Part shown: piece after piece, positions 8,514-17,146 of the stretch
Layout: each line of letters opens with the position of its first letter
How positions within the stretch are numbered: position 1 is the stretch's first letter
Source of the DNA: Capsulimonadaceae bacterium
Lineage (GTDB): Bacteria; Armatimonadota; Armatimonadia; Armatimonadales; Capsulimonadaceae
Assembly (NCBI GenBank): GCA_965215505.1
Contig: OZ244065.1
Span: 704,001-768,000, forward strand
Reading direction: 5' to 3'
Length of the DNA: 64,000 bases
Program-made: the position numbers and the translations under genes
The notes under the pieces: generated by a model
The model's database searches: none
What the model saw: the letters and a program-made list of their open reading frames with translations, nothing else
Told to the model about the DNA's origin: nothing

Positions 8514-10919
8514 ATGCAAGCCCCCCTGCCCGCGGATGAAGAGGCGCGGCTCCAAGCCCTAAAGGATTATCAGATATTAGACACCGGGCGGGAAGCCGAG
8601 TTCGACGACTTCACCGCCCTCGCCGCGCACATCTGTGGGACGCCGATCGCCCTCATCAGCCTGACAGACGCGGACCGGCAGTGGTTCAAATCGAAGACGG
8701 GGATAGACGCCGACGGGATTCTGCGCGATCAGGCCTTCTGCGCGCACACGATCCGCCAGCCGGGCGTCTTCACGGTCCCCGACGCTCAGGCAGACGCAAG
8801 GTTCGCCGACAACCCGCTCGTCACGGGGGAGATGAACGTCCGCTTCTACGCGGGTGCCCCGCTGATCAACGGGGACGGCCACGCCTTGGGGGCGCTGTGC
8901 GTCATTGACCACAGCCCGCGCGTCCTGACGGCGGACCAGGAGCGGGCGCTTCAGGCGCTCTCCCGCCAAGTCATCGCGCGCCTGGAGCTGCGCCGCCAGC
9001 TCGCCGAACGCCGGCAGGCGGAGCGGGAGCTGCGCTCGAGTGAGGCGATCAAGGCCACGATCCTCCAGTCGGCCCTGGACTGCATCATCACCGTGGATCA
9101 GGATGGGCGGGTCCTGGAATGGAACCCCACTTCGGAGGCGACGTTCGGCTACCGCCGGGAGGACGCCGTCGGGCGCGATCTGGCGGAGCTGATCGTCCCG
9201 CCCGCCCTCCGGGCGGTTCACCGCCGGGGCATGGCGCACTTCATGGACACCAGCGAAGGGCCTGTTCTCAACAAGCGCATCGAGATCAGCGCGGTGCGGT
9301 CGGACGGCACCGAGTTCCCGGTCGAGCTGGCGATCACCCCGATCTCATTGGAAGGCGGAACCCTGTTCACCGCCACCCTGCGTGACATCAGCGGACGCAG
9401 GCAGGCCGAGCAGGCGCTCCGGGAAGCACGCGACGAGATGGAGGCGCGGGTGGGGCAGCGCACGGCGGCGCTGGCCGAGGCGAACCGGGCGCTGACGGCG
9501 GAGGCCGCCGAGCGCCAGCGGGTGCAGGAGCAGCTCGCCCACGCGCTCCAGGAGCGCGAGAACATCATGGAGACCGTTCCGGACATCCTGTTCCGGCTGG
9601 ACCTCGGCGGCCGGCTCGTGTGGTGGAACCGTAAGATGGAGGTCATCACGGGCCTCGCTCCCGAAGAACTGCAAGACAAGCCGAGCGTCGAGCTGTTCCC
9701 CGTTGCCGAGCAAGAAAGCATCGCGCGGGCAATCGGCGAGGCGTTCCAGAACGGCTATGCCGAGGTCGAGGGGCATCTCTTCTCGCGTTCGGGTGCCTCA
9801 GTTCTGCACCAGTTCCAGGGCGTCCCCCTGCGGGGTACGGGCGGGCAGATCATCGGCCTGACCGGGACGGGCAGGGACATCACCGAGAGCCGCGTCCAGC
9901 AGGCGGCGCTCGCCGAGAGTGAGCAGCGCTACCGCTCCCTGGTGGAATACTCGCCGGAAGGGATCGTGGTCTACTCCGACAGCCGGCTGGTGTATCTGAA
10001 TGCAGCCGCTCTGAAGCTCTTCCGGGCCGAGACGCCGGACCAGCTCCTCAGCCAGCCCATCCTGGACCGGGTTCACCCGGACTGGCGCGATGAGGCCCGC
10101 CTGCGGGCGCAGGCCAGCCAGGCTCAGGGACAGCCAAGCCGCCTGGCCGAGTTCAAGTATCTGCGGATGGACGGGAGCGCCGTGGATGTCGAGGCGGTCA
10201 GCACCCCCATCCTGTTCGAGGGCCGGCCCGCCGGCCAGGTGCTGATCCGCGACATCACCGGGCGCAAGCGGGCCGAGCAGGAGATCTACGACCTCCACGC
10301 CGAGGTGACGCTGGCCTATGACCAGACATTGAACGCCTATGATGCCACGATCGAGGGCTGGTCGCGCGCCCTGGACTATCGCGACCACGAGACCGAGGGC
10401 CACTCCCGGCGCCTCACCGAGCTGACCCTGCGGCTGGCCCGCGCCCTCGGTGTGGGGGAAAGGGACTTGGTCCATGTGCGCCGTGGGGCATTGCTGCACG
10501 ACATCGGCAAAATGGGCGTCCCCGACCGCGTCCTGCTCAAGCCCGGACCGCTCGACGACGGGGAGTGGGAGCTGATGCGCCGCCACCCCGCCCTCGCCCA
10601 CGAGATGCTGGCCCCAGTCGCCTTCCTGCGCCCCGCCCTGGACATCCCCTACTGCCACCACGAGAAGTGGGACGGGACCGGCTACCCACGGTGCCTGCGC
10701 GGCGAGCAGATCCCGCTGGCCGCCCGCCTGTTCGCAGTTGTGGACGTGTGGGACGCCCTGCGCTCGGACCGCCCATACCGCCGGGCGTGGGAGCGCGAGC
10801 GCGTCCTCGACCACATCAGTAGCCAGTCCGGGACGCACTTCGACCCGCAGGTGGTCGCCGCCTTCCTGGCTCTGATGGCCGAGCGCGATCAACGTCCAGC
10901 CCTCGCAGTGGCCGCCTGA
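8514..10919 (+). CDS. GAF + 3xPAS + HD-GYP c-di-GMP phosphodiesterase
   Basis: GAF (DEEARL, RQWFKS, AFCAHTI, VRFYAGAPL), PAS/PAC ends (RDISGR, RDITE, RDITGRK), LLHDIGK and HHEKWDGTGYP. Confidence 0.93.
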   Translation: MQAPLPADEEARLQALKDYQILDTGREAEFDDFTALAAHICGTPIALISLTDADRQWFKSKTGIDADGILRDQAFCAHTIRQPGVFTVPDAQADARFADNPLVTGEMNVRFYAGAPLINGDGHALGALCVIDHSPRVLTADQERALQALSRQVIARLELRRQLAERRQAERELRSSEAIKATILQSALDCIITVDQDGRVLEWNPTSEATFGYRREDAVGRDLAELIVPPALRAVHRRGMAHFMDTSEGPVLNKRIEISAVRSDGTEFPVELAITPISLEGGTLFTATLRDISGRRQAEQALREARDEMEARVGQRTAALAEANRALTAEAAERQRVQEQLAHALQERENIMETVPDILFRLDLGGRLVWWNRKMEVITGLAPEELQDKPSVELFPVAEQESIARAIGEAFQNGYAEVEGHLFSRSGASVLHQFQGVPLRGTGGQIIGLTGTGRDITESRVQQAALAESEQRYRSLVEYSPEGIVVYSDSRLVYLNAAALKLFRAETPDQLLSQPILDRVHPDWRDEARLRAQASQAQGQPSRLAEFKYLRMDGSAVDVEAVSTPILFEGRPAGQVLIRDITGRKRAEQEIYDLHAEVTLAYDQTLNAYDATIEGWSRALDYRDHETEGHSRRLTELTLRLARALGVGERDLVHVRRGALLHDIGKMGVPDRVLLKPGPLDDGEWELMRRHPALAHEMLAPVAFLRPALDIPYCHHEKWDGTGYPRCLRGEQIPLAARLFAVVDVWDALRSDRPYRRAWERERVLDHISSQSGTHFDPQVVAAFLALMAERDQRPALAVAA
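10141..10357 (+). repeat. 217-bp tract identical to 12914-13130
   Basis: Base-by-base identity by eye from GCCTGGCCGAGTTCAAG to GCCACGATCGAGGG. Confidence 0.9.
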
Positions 10920-10935
10920 AGTTGTGCCAGCCGAC

Positions 10936-10962
10936 TAAAGTTGTCGTGGGAACTGCCGATAC
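10936..10962 (+). promoter_or_regulatory. sigma28-type promoter
   Basis: TAAA-N15-GCCGATAC, 7 nt before ATG 10970. Confidence 0.75.
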
Positions 10963-10969
10963 TCTGACC

Positions 10970-11599
10970 ATGAATCGCATGGGGTTAGCCTCTCTCACAG
11001 TGTTCTGGCTGTGCGCCGTGGGATGGGGGATGACGCGCCTGTCCGGATTTGAGCAGGCGGCGGGAGCGGCGGGGCGGCCACCGGCCCGTTGGCCGCTCGG
11101 CAGCGCGGCGGCGCTGGATGCGACGCGGCCGACCCTGGTCATGCTGGCACATCCCCGCTGCCCCTGTACGCGGGCGAGCATCGCCGAGTTGAATCGCTTG
11201 ATGGCGCTCTGCCCCCAACGCGCTTCGGTCGTCGTCCTGTTCTTGGAGCCGCACGGTTGTTCCAGGGGGTGGGAGCGGACCGACCTGTGGGATGCGGCAG
11301 CCGCCATCCCCGGCGTCCGGGTGGCGGCGGACCGAGACGGAGAAGCGGCGCGACATCTGGGGGCGACGACATCGGGCGACACCTTGCTGTACTCGTCGGC
11401 CGGGCGTCTGCTGTATCAGGGCGGGCTGACAGGCGGCAGGGGACATGAGGGCGACAACGCGGGGCTGGATTCCCTGGCCGCCCTCCTGAGTGGGGGAAAG
11501 CCCCAGGCCGCAGGGACGCCCGTTTATGGCTGTCCCTTGACCCCGGACCGGTCTCCACAATCGTCGCCGGGGGGAGCAAGCGCCGCATGTCGCCGGTAG
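10970..11599 (+). CDS. RedB-like exported thioredoxin-fold protein
   Basis: N-terminal hydrophobic segment, LVMLAHPRCPCTRASIAEL, GATTSG, GGLTGGRGHEGDN, PVYGCPL. Confidence 0.65.
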   Translation: MNRMGLASLTVFWLCAVGWGMTRLSGFEQAAGAAGRPPARWPLGSAAALDATRPTLVMLAHPRCPCTRASIAELNRLMALCPQRASVVVLFLEPHGCSRGWERTDLWDAAAAIPGVRVAADRDGEAARHLGATTSGDTLLYSSAGRLLYQGGLTGGRGHEGDNAGLDSLAALLSGGKPQAAGTPVYGCPLTPDRSPQSSPGGASAACRR

Positions 11600-13692
11600 C
11601 CCCGTCACTCCAGACTGAGGAAGTCCGCTGCCGGGCCGCCGCCGTCTTCACAGACCACCAGCAGAACATCTACCGCCGCACGGACCGCCTGTTCGCCGGG
11701 CTGATGGCTCTGCAATGGATCGGAGCCGTGGCGGCGGCGTGCTGGCTGTCGCCACGCACCTGGGCGGGTACGACAAGCCAGGTCCACCCGCACGTCTGGG
11801 CGGCCCTGCTGCTGGGCGGCCTCATCAGCCTCTTTCCCATCGCACTAGCCCTGGCAATGCCGGGGCGGGTCCTGACGCGCCAAGTGATCGCCGCTTCACA
11901 GCTCCTGATGTCTTCACTCCTGATCCATGTGACCGGCGGGCGCGTGGAAACGCATTTCCACGTCTTCGGGTCACTCGCGTTCCTCGCGTTCTACCGCGAC
12001 TGGCGCGTCCTCGTCACCGCAACGCTCGTCACGGCCTCGGACCACTTGGTGCGCGGGCTGTACTGGCCTCAGTCCCTCTATGGGGCCGCCACCGCCTCGC
12101 TCTGGCGCACGGCGGAACACGCCGGCTGGGTCGCCTTTGAAGACGTGTTCCTTTTGATCTCCTGCCGCCAGAGCGTCCGGGAGTTGCACGAGATCAGTCT
12201 GCGGCAGGCCCAGATGCAGATCGCCGAAGGCCTCCTGATCCGGTCGCATGACGACCTGGAACGGCGGGTCGCGGAGCGCACCGAGGCACTGGAACGGATG
12301 CGCCGGCAAAACGCGATGCTGCTGGCTTCGGCGGGCGAGGGCATTTACGGAGTGGACTGCGAGGGGCGCACCACCTTCGTCAACCCCGCCGCCGCGCGTC
12401 TGCTCGGTTGGGACGCCGCCGACCTCCTCGGCAGGCCGATGCACCCCCTGCTCCACCACACGCACCCGGACGGATCGCCATTCCTGCGCGAGACCTGCCC
12501 CATCCATTCCTCGCTCCGGAGCGGCGAGGTTCATCATGTAGACGATGAGATCTTCTGGCGTCAGGACGGCACGAGCTTTGCCGTCGAGTACATCAGCACG
12601 CCGCTGCGCGAGGACGGGCGGATCATGGGCGCGGTGGTCACGTTCCAGGATATCACCGAGCGCAAGCGGGAGCAGGCGGCCCTCGCCGAGAGCGAGCAGC
12701 GCTACCGCTCTCTCGTGGATCATTCGCCCGAGGGGATCGTGGTCTACCGCGACGACCGCCTGGCGTACCTCAACGGGGCGGCCCTGCGGCTCTTCGGGGC
12801 CGAGAGTCAGGAGCAGCTTCTGGGCCGGCCCTTCCTGGGCCTGGTCCACCCCGTCTGGCACGACGAAGTCACCCGGCGCATGCGCCTCACCCAATGCGAG
12901 GGGCGTGGCAGCAGCCTGGCCGAGTTCAAGTATCTGCGGATGGACGGGAGCGCCGTGGATGTCGAGGCGGTCAGCACCCCCATCCTGTTCGAGGGCCGGC
13001 CCGCCGGCCAGGTGCTGATCCGCGACATCACCGGGCGCAAGCGGGCCGAGCAGGAGATCTACGACCTCCACGCCGAGGTGACGCTGGCCTATGACCAGAC
13101 ATTGAACGCCTATGATGCCACGATCGAGGGGCTGTCACGGGCCTTGGATTACCGGGACCGGGAGACACGGGGCCACTCGGAGCGCGTCACGCGCATCGCC
13201 CTGGAACTGTCACAGGCGATGGGCTTGGGGGCGGACGAGCTGGTCCATGTGCGCCGTGGGGCGCTGCTGCACGACATCGGCAAGATGGCCGTCCCCGACT
13301 CCATCCTGCACAAGCCCGGACCACTGACGGAGGAGGAGCGGGAGGTCATGTGCCGGCACACGGGGTACGCCCACGAGATGCTCTCCCCGATCGCCTTCCT
13401 GCGCCCCGCCCTGGACATCCCCTACTGCCACCACGAGAAGTGGGACGGGACGGGCTATCCGCGAGGACTGCAAGGGGAAGCGATCCCGCTCTCGGCCCGC
13501 GTGTTCGCGGTCGTGGACGTGTGGGACGCCCTGCGCTCGGACCGCCCATACCGCAAGGCCTGGGAGCGCGACCGCGTCCTCGATCACGTCCGCAGTCAGT
13601 CCGGGACGCACTTCGACCCGCAGGTGGTGGCAGCATTTCTGGCCCTCATGGCCACGGAGGAGGAACACGAACCGCTCGCGCTGGCCGCCTGA
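11587..13692 (+). CDS. Multi-TM sensor + 2xPAS + HD-GYP phosphodiesterase
   Basis: TM domain with ETHFHVFGSLAFLAFYRDWR, PAS (HHTHPDG..CPI), LLHDIGK, HHEKWDGTGYP. Confidence 0.92.
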   Translation: MSPVAPSLQTEEVRCRAAAVFTDHQQNIYRRTDRLFAGLMALQWIGAVAAACWLSPRTWAGTTSQVHPHVWAALLLGGLISLFPIALALAMPGRVLTRQVIAASQLLMSSLLIHVTGGRVETHFHVFGSLAFLAFYRDWRVLVTATLVTASDHLVRGLYWPQSLYGAATASLWRTAEHAGWVAFEDVFLLISCRQSVRELHEISLRQAQMQIAEGLLIRSHDDLERRVAERTEALERMRRQNAMLLASAGEGIYGVDCEGRTTFVNPAAARLLGWDAADLLGRPMHPLLHHTHPDGSPFLRETCPIHSSLRSGEVHHVDDEIFWRQDGTSFAVEYISTPLREDGRIMGAVVTFQDITERKREQAALAESEQRYRSLVDHSPEGIVVYRDDRLAYLNGAALRLFGAESQEQLLGRPFLGLVHPVWHDEVTRRMRLTQCEGRGSSLAEFKYLRMDGSAVDVEAVSTPILFEGRPAGQVLIRDITGRKRAEQEIYDLHAEVTLAYDQTLNAYDATIEGLSRALDYRDRETRGHSERVTRIALELSQAMGLGADELVHVRRGALLHDIGKMAVPDSILHKPGPLTEEEREVMCRHTGYAHEMLSPIAFLRPALDIPYCHHEKWDGTGYPRGLQGEAIPLSARVFAVVDVWDALRSDRPYRKAWERDRVLDHVRSQSGTHFDPQVVAAFLALMATEEEHEPLALAA

Positions 13693-13693
13693 T

Positions 13694-13729
13694 TCCATAG
13701 GCCGTGCGCCTCCATATGCCGTGCGCCTC
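13694..13729 (+). repeat. 17-bp tandem direct repeat just upstream of a TATACT -10 element
   Basis: TCCATAGGCCGTGCGCC / TCCATATGCCGTGCGCC; TATACT at 13733-13738. Confidence 0.7.
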
Positions 13730-13774
13730 GGGTATACTGAGGCCTAGAAACTTCCATCCCCCGGAGTACTTCCC

Positions 13775-15799
13775 ATGACCCTGCCGTTCCGCCCGCCCGC
13801 CGTCCCGCTCGTCACGCACGACCCCTACTTCAGCGCCTGGTCCGTCAGCGACGAGCTGACCGGAACCGAGGTCCGGCACTGGACCGGCACAAACTACGGC
13901 CTGTGCGGCCTGGTCCGCATCGACGGCCAGACTTTCCGATGCATCGGCATGATTCCCCGCGAGGTGGAGGCGATGCCACAGACGGGCCTGGAGGTGACGG
14001 CGACGCGCTCGACCTACGTCTTCGAGGCCGCCGGCGTGCGCCTCACCCTGACCTTCCTGTCGCCGCTCCTGCCGCACGACCTGGAGGTCCTGTCCCGGCC
14101 CGTGACTTACATCACCTGGGAGGCGAGTGCGACCGACGCGCGGACGCACGAGGTTTCGGTCTATTTGCACGTCCAGGGCGAGTGGGCGGTCAACAGCGCC
14201 GACCAGTCCGTCGTCTCCTCCCGCTACCGCCAGCCGGGCATGGACGTCCTGCGGATGGGATCGGCGAAGCAGCCGATCCTGGAGACGGCGGGCGACAACC
14301 TGCGGATTGACTGGGGCTACGTCTATCTCGCCGTGCCACACGAGGCACCTGGTACGGCGGCGCTCCTGGAGGCCGATCCGGGCCGCCGCGCCTTCCGCGA
14401 GACCGGGACACTTCCCGGCGCGGACCTGATCGCCGCCCCGCGCCCCGCCCACGACGGCTGGCCGGTCCTCGCCTGCGCCCTCTCGCTCGGGACGGTCGGG
14501 GACGCACCCGTCTCGCGCCATGTCCTGCTGGCCTACGACGACGTTTTCTCCATCGAGTACTTCTACCGCAAGATCCGCCCTTACTGGCGGAAGGACGGCA
14601 TGGGCATCGCCGAGCTTCTGCTCGCCGCCGAGGACGACTACGAGGCGCTGACGGGGCGGTGCGCCGACTTCGACGCCGAGATCGCCGCCGACCTCACGCA
14701 GGCGGGCGGGGAGAAGTTCGCCGCGCTCTGCGCCCTCGCCTTCCGCCAGTGCATCGCCGCCCACAAGCTGGCCGTGGACTTCGACGGCACCCCGCTGTTC
14801 CTGTCCAAAGAGAATTTTTCGAATGGCTGCATCGCGACCGTAGACGTGACCTACCCGTCCGCGCCCTTCTTCCTGCTCCTGAACCCCGACCTGCTGCGGG
14901 CGATGCTGACGCCAATCCTGGATTACGCGAACACGTCGCGCTGGCGGTTCCCCTTCGCCCCGCACGACCTGGGCACTTACCCGCTCTGCAACGGCCAGGT
15001 CTACGGGGGCGGGGAGCGGTCCGAGGACGACCAGATGCCGGTGGAGGAGTGCGGCAACATGCTGATCCTGCTGACCGCCCTGACCCAGATAGACGGCCAC
15101 ACGCGCTATGCCGAGAAGTACTGGCCCCTGCTGAACAAGTGGGCGGAGTATCTGCGCGACAAGGGCCTGGACCCGGAGAACCAGCTCTGCACCGACGACT
15201 TCGCCGGGCACCTCGCCCACAACGTCAACCTGTCGCTGAAGGCGATCATGGGATTGGGAGGCTTCGCCGCTTTGTGCGAGAAGACGGGCAGGGCCGAGGA
15301 TGCCTCGGCCTACCGCCAGGCGGCGCAGGCGATGGCCGACGAGTGGGTGGGGATGGCCGACGACGGCGACCACTCCCGGCTGGCCTTCGACAAGCCCGGC
15401 ACCTGGAGCCAGAAGTATAATCTGGTTTGGGACACCCTGCTGGGCCTGGGCCTGTTTTCGCCGGAGGTGGCCCGCCGCGAGGTGGCCTTCTACAAAACGA
15501 GGCAGAACGTCTACGGCCTGCCCCTGGACAGCCGCAGCGAGTACACCAAGCTGGACTGGATCGTCTGGACGGCGACCTTGGCCGAGAACCCCGCCGACTT
15601 CGCCGCCCTGACCGAGCCGCTCTATGCCTGGGCCGGAGAAACACCCACCCGCGTGCCTCTGACTGACTGGTATTGGACGACCGACGGAAAGCAGGTCGGC
15701 TTCCAGGCCCGCTCCGTCGTCGGCGGCCTTTACATCCCGCTGCTTAAAGACCCCGCCGTCTGGCGGAAATGGGCCGACCGCGCCAGGCCGAAGGAGTAG
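13775..15799 (+). CDS. Glutaminase GtaA-like protein (DUF5127/DUF4965/DUF1793; glycosidase-like fold)
   Basis: RPPAVPLVTHDPYFSAW, SKENFSNGCIATVDV, APHDLGTYP, MPVEECGNM, QLCTDDFAG, WSQKYNLVWD. Confidence 0.88.
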   Translation: MTLPFRPPAVPLVTHDPYFSAWSVSDELTGTEVRHWTGTNYGLCGLVRIDGQTFRCIGMIPREVEAMPQTGLEVTATRSTYVFEAAGVRLTLTFLSPLLPHDLEVLSRPVTYITWEASATDARTHEVSVYLHVQGEWAVNSADQSVVSSRYRQPGMDVLRMGSAKQPILETAGDNLRIDWGYVYLAVPHEAPGTAALLEADPGRRAFRETGTLPGADLIAAPRPAHDGWPVLACALSLGTVGDAPVSRHVLLAYDDVFSIEYFYRKIRPYWRKDGMGIAELLLAAEDDYEALTGRCADFDAEIAADLTQAGGEKFAALCALAFRQCIAAHKLAVDFDGTPLFLSKENFSNGCIATVDVTYPSAPFFLLLNPDLLRAMLTPILDYANTSRWRFPFAPHDLGTYPLCNGQVYGGGERSEDDQMPVEECGNMLILLTALTQIDGHTRYAEKYWPLLNKWAEYLRDKGLDPENQLCTDDFAGHLAHNVNLSLKAIMGLGGFAALCEKTGRAEDASAYRQAAQAMADEWVGMADDGDHSRLAFDKPGTWSQKYNLVWDTLLGLGLFSPEVARREVAFYKTRQNVYGLPLDSRSEYTKLDWIVWTATLAENPADFAALTEPLYAWAGETPTRVPLTDWYWTTDGKQVGFQARSVVGGLYIPLLKDPAVWRKWADRARPKE

Positions 15800-15824
15800 C
15801 AGGCGCGGGCGGGAAGAACTGCGG

Positions 15825-16676
15825 TCAGACTTCGCCCTCGAACACTTCCGCCGCCGCGCCGGTCATGTAGACGTGGTTGTCGGCCTCCGACCACTCGATG
15901 TCCAAGTCCCCGCCGGGCAGGTGGACCAGGACGCGGCGGCCCGTCCTGCCGTTCAGGACGCAGGCGACCGTGGCGGCGCTGGCCCCCGTCCCGCAGGCCA
16001 GGGTTTCGCCCGCGCCGCGCTCCCAAACACGGAAGTTGATCTCGCGGTCGGACAGGACTTCAATGAACTCGGTGTTGATGCGGCGCGGGAAGGCGGAGTG
16101 GCTTTCGACCAGGGGGCCGACGGCCTCGATTGGGTAGTTCTTGACGTCGGAGACGAAGGTGACGGCGTGCGGGTTGCCCATGGAGACGGCGGTAACGTAG
16201 ACGGTGCGGTCGCCGAGGTCGAGGGGGAGGTTGACGACCGGCGCGTCGCCTCCGCCCAGGGTGGTGGGGACGTGCGCGGGCACCAGGACGGGTTCGCCCA
16301 TGTCCACGCGGACGGAGGCGGCCTTGCCGTCCGGCCCGGCCAGGATTTGCAGGTGCAGCAGGCCCGCGCCGGTTTCAACGGGGATGGAGGTGTCGCCGCG
16401 CGTCAGGCCCCGGTCGTAGAGGAACTTGGCGAAGCAGCGTATGCCGTTGCCGCACATCTCGGACTCGGAGCCGTCGGGGTTAAACATCCGCATGGCGAAC
16501 GGCGCGGACCGGCCCGGCAGCAGGGCGATGACGCCGTCGCCGCCGACGCCGAACTTCCGGTCACAGAGGAAGATGGCTCGGCCCTGGGCTTCGATGAGGT
16601 TGGCGTCGCCGTTCTGGCCGAGGCAGTTGACCATGACGAAGTCGTTGCCGATGCCGTGCATTTTCGTGAAGTGCAT
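15825..16676 (-). CDS. dapF: Diaminopimelate epimerase
   Basis: FTKMHGIGNDF, EMCGNGIRC, GNPH, ERGAGETLACGTG. Confidence 0.97.
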   Translation of the reverse strand: MHFTKMHGIGNDFVMVNCLGQNGDANLIEAQGRAIFLCDRKFGVGGDGVIALLPGRSAPFAMRMFNPDGSESEMCGNGIRCFAKFLYDRGLTRGDTSIPVETGAGLLHLQILAGPDGKAASVRVDMGEPVLVPAHVPTTLGGGDAPVVNLPLDLGDRTVYVTAVSMGNPHAVTFVSDVKNYPIEAVGPLVESHSAFPRRINTEFIEVLSDREINFRVWERGAGETLACGTGASAATVACVLNGRTGRRVLVHLPGGDLDIEWSEADNHVYMTGAAAEVFEGEV

Positions 16677-16706
16677 GAAGAGTCCTTTGGGGAGAGTCGC
16701 GGCCGT

Positions 16707-16730
16707 GTAGGGGCACGATTTATCGCGCCC
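16707..16730. repeat. GTAG-type REP (family B)
   Basis: GTAG-GGGCACGAT-TT-ATCGCGCCC; related copy at 36022-36046. Confidence 0.75.
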
Positions 16731-16747
16731 TCTTTTTCGGCCCCGGC

Positions 16748-17146
16748 CTAGGAGATCGGCTCTACAGTGGCCGCTTCGGGCGTGTCGGAGGCGGGCGCGG
16801 GGTTCGGCGTCTGCACCGTCACGCTGGCATCCGGGTGGGTCGTCCCGGCGGGCGCGACCGGTGGGGCGGTGAGGCTGGCGGCGGGCTGGGGCGTCATGCC
16901 CGCCTCGCGCAATGCCTCGGTGTAGAGGTTCTGGAGGGGCCGCATGGGGACGATGCTGGTGACGGCGTGCTTATAGACGAGCTGGGTGGGCTTGCCGGGG
17001 CTGTCCAAAAGGATCGTGTAGGGATCAAAGCCGCGGACATTGCCCCGGAGCTGGACGCCGCCGATGAGGTAGATCATCACGCCGATATTCTCTTTTCGGA
17101 CCTGGTTGAGAAACGTATCCTGAAGGTTGACCTGCGGTTTGTTCAT
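16748..17146 (-). CDS. hfq: RNA chaperone Hfq with a Pro/Ala/Thr-rich C-terminal tail
   Basis: NLQDTFLNQVRKE, GVQLRG, QLVYKHAVTSI; ATG overlaps the miaA stop. Confidence 0.95.
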   Translation of the reverse strand: MNKPQVNLQDTFLNQVRKENIGVMIYLIGGVQLRGNVRGFDPYTILLDSPGKPTQLVYKHAVTSIVPMRPLQNLYTEALREAGMTPQPAASLTAPPVAPAGTTHPDASVTVQTPNPAPASDTPEAATVEPIS

